A stretch of 32,000 nt of DNA from Pirellula staleyi DSM 6068 (GTDB taxonomy: Bacteria; Planctomycetota; Planctomycetia; Pirellulales; Pirellulaceae), in contig CP001848.1 in the NCBI GenBank assembly GCA_000025185.1, forward strand, positions 2,940,001-2,972,000, given 5' to 3'. Each line of letters starts with the position of its first letter. Within the stretch, counting starts at the first letter, position 1. This document shows positions 30,764 through 32,000 of this stretch, in pieces. A program made the translations under genes and the position numbers. Under the pieces are notes generated by a model. That model was not told the DNA's origin. It saw nothing but the letters and a program-made list of their open reading frames with translations, and ran no database searches.

Positions 30764-32000
30764 TTAGCTGGCGCTGAGGAGGAAGACGGAGACTTGCCAG
30801 GGTTGTTGATCGAGGTAGAGACCGCGATTGAGCAAGTCGTCGCCTTGCCAATCGTAGACCTCGCCATTCATCTGATCGGCAAGTTTCCAGGATCGGTGGG
30901 CGAGGCTGTTCCAGGGCAATCGTGCGTGACATTGGCTGGCGTGATCGGCGTAGTTTACTGCTATGACCATGAGCTGCTGATCAAGCTCCCAACCAAAAAC
31001 CACCATGCTCTCGTGCGTCGGATTTCCTTCCCAGGCCAGTGAGCTTTCGAGCAGCTGCCAGTTGCCTTCTCGTAGTGGTGCGAGCTTTAGTAGCTCCAGT
31101 ATCTTACGGTAAAACTCCTGAATCGCTGGATTCGTTGCTTCTTTGGGGCCGCGACCCAAGTGGGGAGAGATGCGTTTCTGTTTTCCCTCGAGCTGTCCTT
31201 GATGGAGGAAGCGAAGTCCAGGGGAAAAGAACGTGATGGCAGCGGCGGCGCGATGCATCTCGAGAGGAAACGTCGCAGCGACGCGAGGTTCATCGTGATT
31301 TTCGAGGAAGCGGGCCAGCTTGTCTTGAAAATCGAGGTCAGCCAGGAGATGCAGCCGCACAGCCAGCTGGTGATGATCGCGAAGTCGATCATAGAGACGT
31401 TTGTCGTAGGTGTAGTCGAAGCCCTGCTGTTGAAGTTCCCATTCGAGATCCCAGTAGACTTCGGCCATGAAGCAGAAGTTGGGAGTCTGCGAACGGACGA
31501 GCTCGGTCGTGTGAGGCCAGAAGAGTGGCGCGCGATGTCCCCACGTCCGTTCAAAAATTTCAGGTAGCACCAGCATCGCCATGTCGCAGCGCACACCATC
31601 GCACTGCCGTGATATGCGTAGCAATTCCTCGGTCATTGCTGCTTGCGTTGCGGGTTTGGAATAGTCGAGCTGAAGTGTATCGGGCCAGCCAGAAAAGTAG
31701 GGATCGCGGCCATAAGCCAGGATGCGATCGCCGCTGGCGGTGGTCAGTCGAAGGTAGTTCTGTGGCGCACTCTCGAGATCAGCCTCCGTTGCATCGATAT
31801 AAAACTCGGGATGCTCACTCACCCAGTGATGGTCGATGCCGGTATGGTTCGGAACAAAGTCGAGCATCAGCTTGAGGCCCCGCGCGGCGAGTCGTGCGCG
31901 GAGACGTGCGAGGGCTTCATCGCCTCCTAAATCATGGTGCACATGATAGGCGGTGATCGCAAAACCAGAGCCGGGAATATCGTCGTCGCACAGGTCGGGA
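30764..32000 (-). CDS. GH13 alpha-amylase-family glycoside hydrolase (partial; N-terminus lies beyond the window edge)
   Basis: All four GH13 conserved regions are present: I LMLDFVPNH, II GVRCDMAM, III FMAEVYWD (catalytic Glu), IV FLENHDEPR. The frame stays open upstream of the listed GTG at 31942 (PDLCDDDIPGSGFAITAYHVHHDLGG) out to position 32000, so the true start is outside the window. Confidence 0.9.
   Translation of the reverse strand, partial: PDLCDDDIPGSGFAITAYHVHHDLGGDEALARLRARLAARGLKLMLDFVPNHTGIDHHWVSEHPEFYIDATEADLESAPQNYLRLTTASGDRILAYGRDPYFSGWPDTLQLDYSKPATQAAMTEELLRISRQCDGVRCDMAMLVLPEIFERTWGHRAPLFWPHTTELVRSQTPNFCFMAEVYWDLEWELQQQGFDYTYDKRLYDRLRDHHQLAVRLHLLADLDFQDKLARFLENHDEPRVAATFPLEMHRAAAAITFFSPGLRFLHQGQLEGKQKRISPHLGRGPKEATNPAIQEFYRKILELLKLAPLREGNWQLLESSLAWEGNPTHESMVVFGWELDQQLMVIAVNYADHASQCHARLPWNSLAHRSWKLADQMNGEVYDWQGDDLLNRGLYLDQQPWQVSVFLLSAS

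Noticed and set aside
20404-30867. Series of very long minus-strand ORFs inside the giant gene (20404-22665, 753 aa; 23377-25476, 699 aa; 26829-27893, 354 aa; 27025-27909, 294 aa; 28717-30867, 716 aa)
   Set aside because: The sense strand is dominated by GGC/ACC/GCC/GAC/ATC-type codons, whose complements rarely form stop codons, so long antisense frames arise by chance. Their translations are R/V/D/A/G low-complexity strings. The sense frame shows LamG, PATR, PA14 and RTX motifs throughout.
1-32000. Mobile elements, CRISPR arrays, defence-system genes, rRNA/tRNA
   Set aside because: I saw no transposase, integrase or recombinase motifs, no long terminal inverted repeats, no regularly spaced direct repeats outside coding repeats, and no nuclease, ATPase or methylase signatures typical of defence islands in any frame.

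Overview
This 32-kb chromosomal segment has a gene content typical of Planctomycetota, probably Pirellulales-like. GC is about 55-60% by eye. The assignment rests on four hallmarks: a DUF1592-family heme protein paired with a Tat-exported DUF1552 (HXXSHH) protein, an HPD-less J-like N-terminus (DPYYQWLGI...YYRLLGV), an N-terminal FESLEDRRVMA motif on a giant exoprotein, and many autotransporter-associated beta-strand (PATR) repeats without a barrel.

Gene order:
- Minus strand: a membrane-anchored double SurA/parvulin-like PPIase (146-2320) and a secreted SGNH/GDSL hydrolase (2515-3570).
- Plus strand: the DUF1592-family cytochrome c/PA14 protein (3886-6189) and its DUF1552 partner (6342-7664).
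- Plus strand: a TrkH/KtrB-TrkA/KtrA potassium uptake pair (7898-10457).
- Plus strand: an 836-aa cytoplasmic orphan protein with a proline-rich repeat and a protein-kinase-like (best match PI3/4-kinase-like) catalytic signature (10821-13331).
- Plus strand: a 1054-aa J-like/TM/2x NPCBM-like protein (13581-16745).
- Plus strand: a 13.5-kb gene for a 4503-aa LamG/PATR/PA14/RTX exoprotein (17107-30618), which is 42% of the window.
- Minus strand: a convergent GH13 alpha-amylase-family gene that runs off the window edge (30764-32000).

I found no rRNA, tRNA, CRISPR array, transposase, integrase or phage gene. The many long antisense ORFs are compositional artefacts.

The most interesting items are the kinase-like orphan, the J-like transmembrane NPCBM protein, and the giant exoprotein. 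The giant protein has a non-Sec N-terminal motif, and its synonymous-site GC jumps sharply within the single ORF. All functional calls come from motif recognition by eye. No database search was possible.
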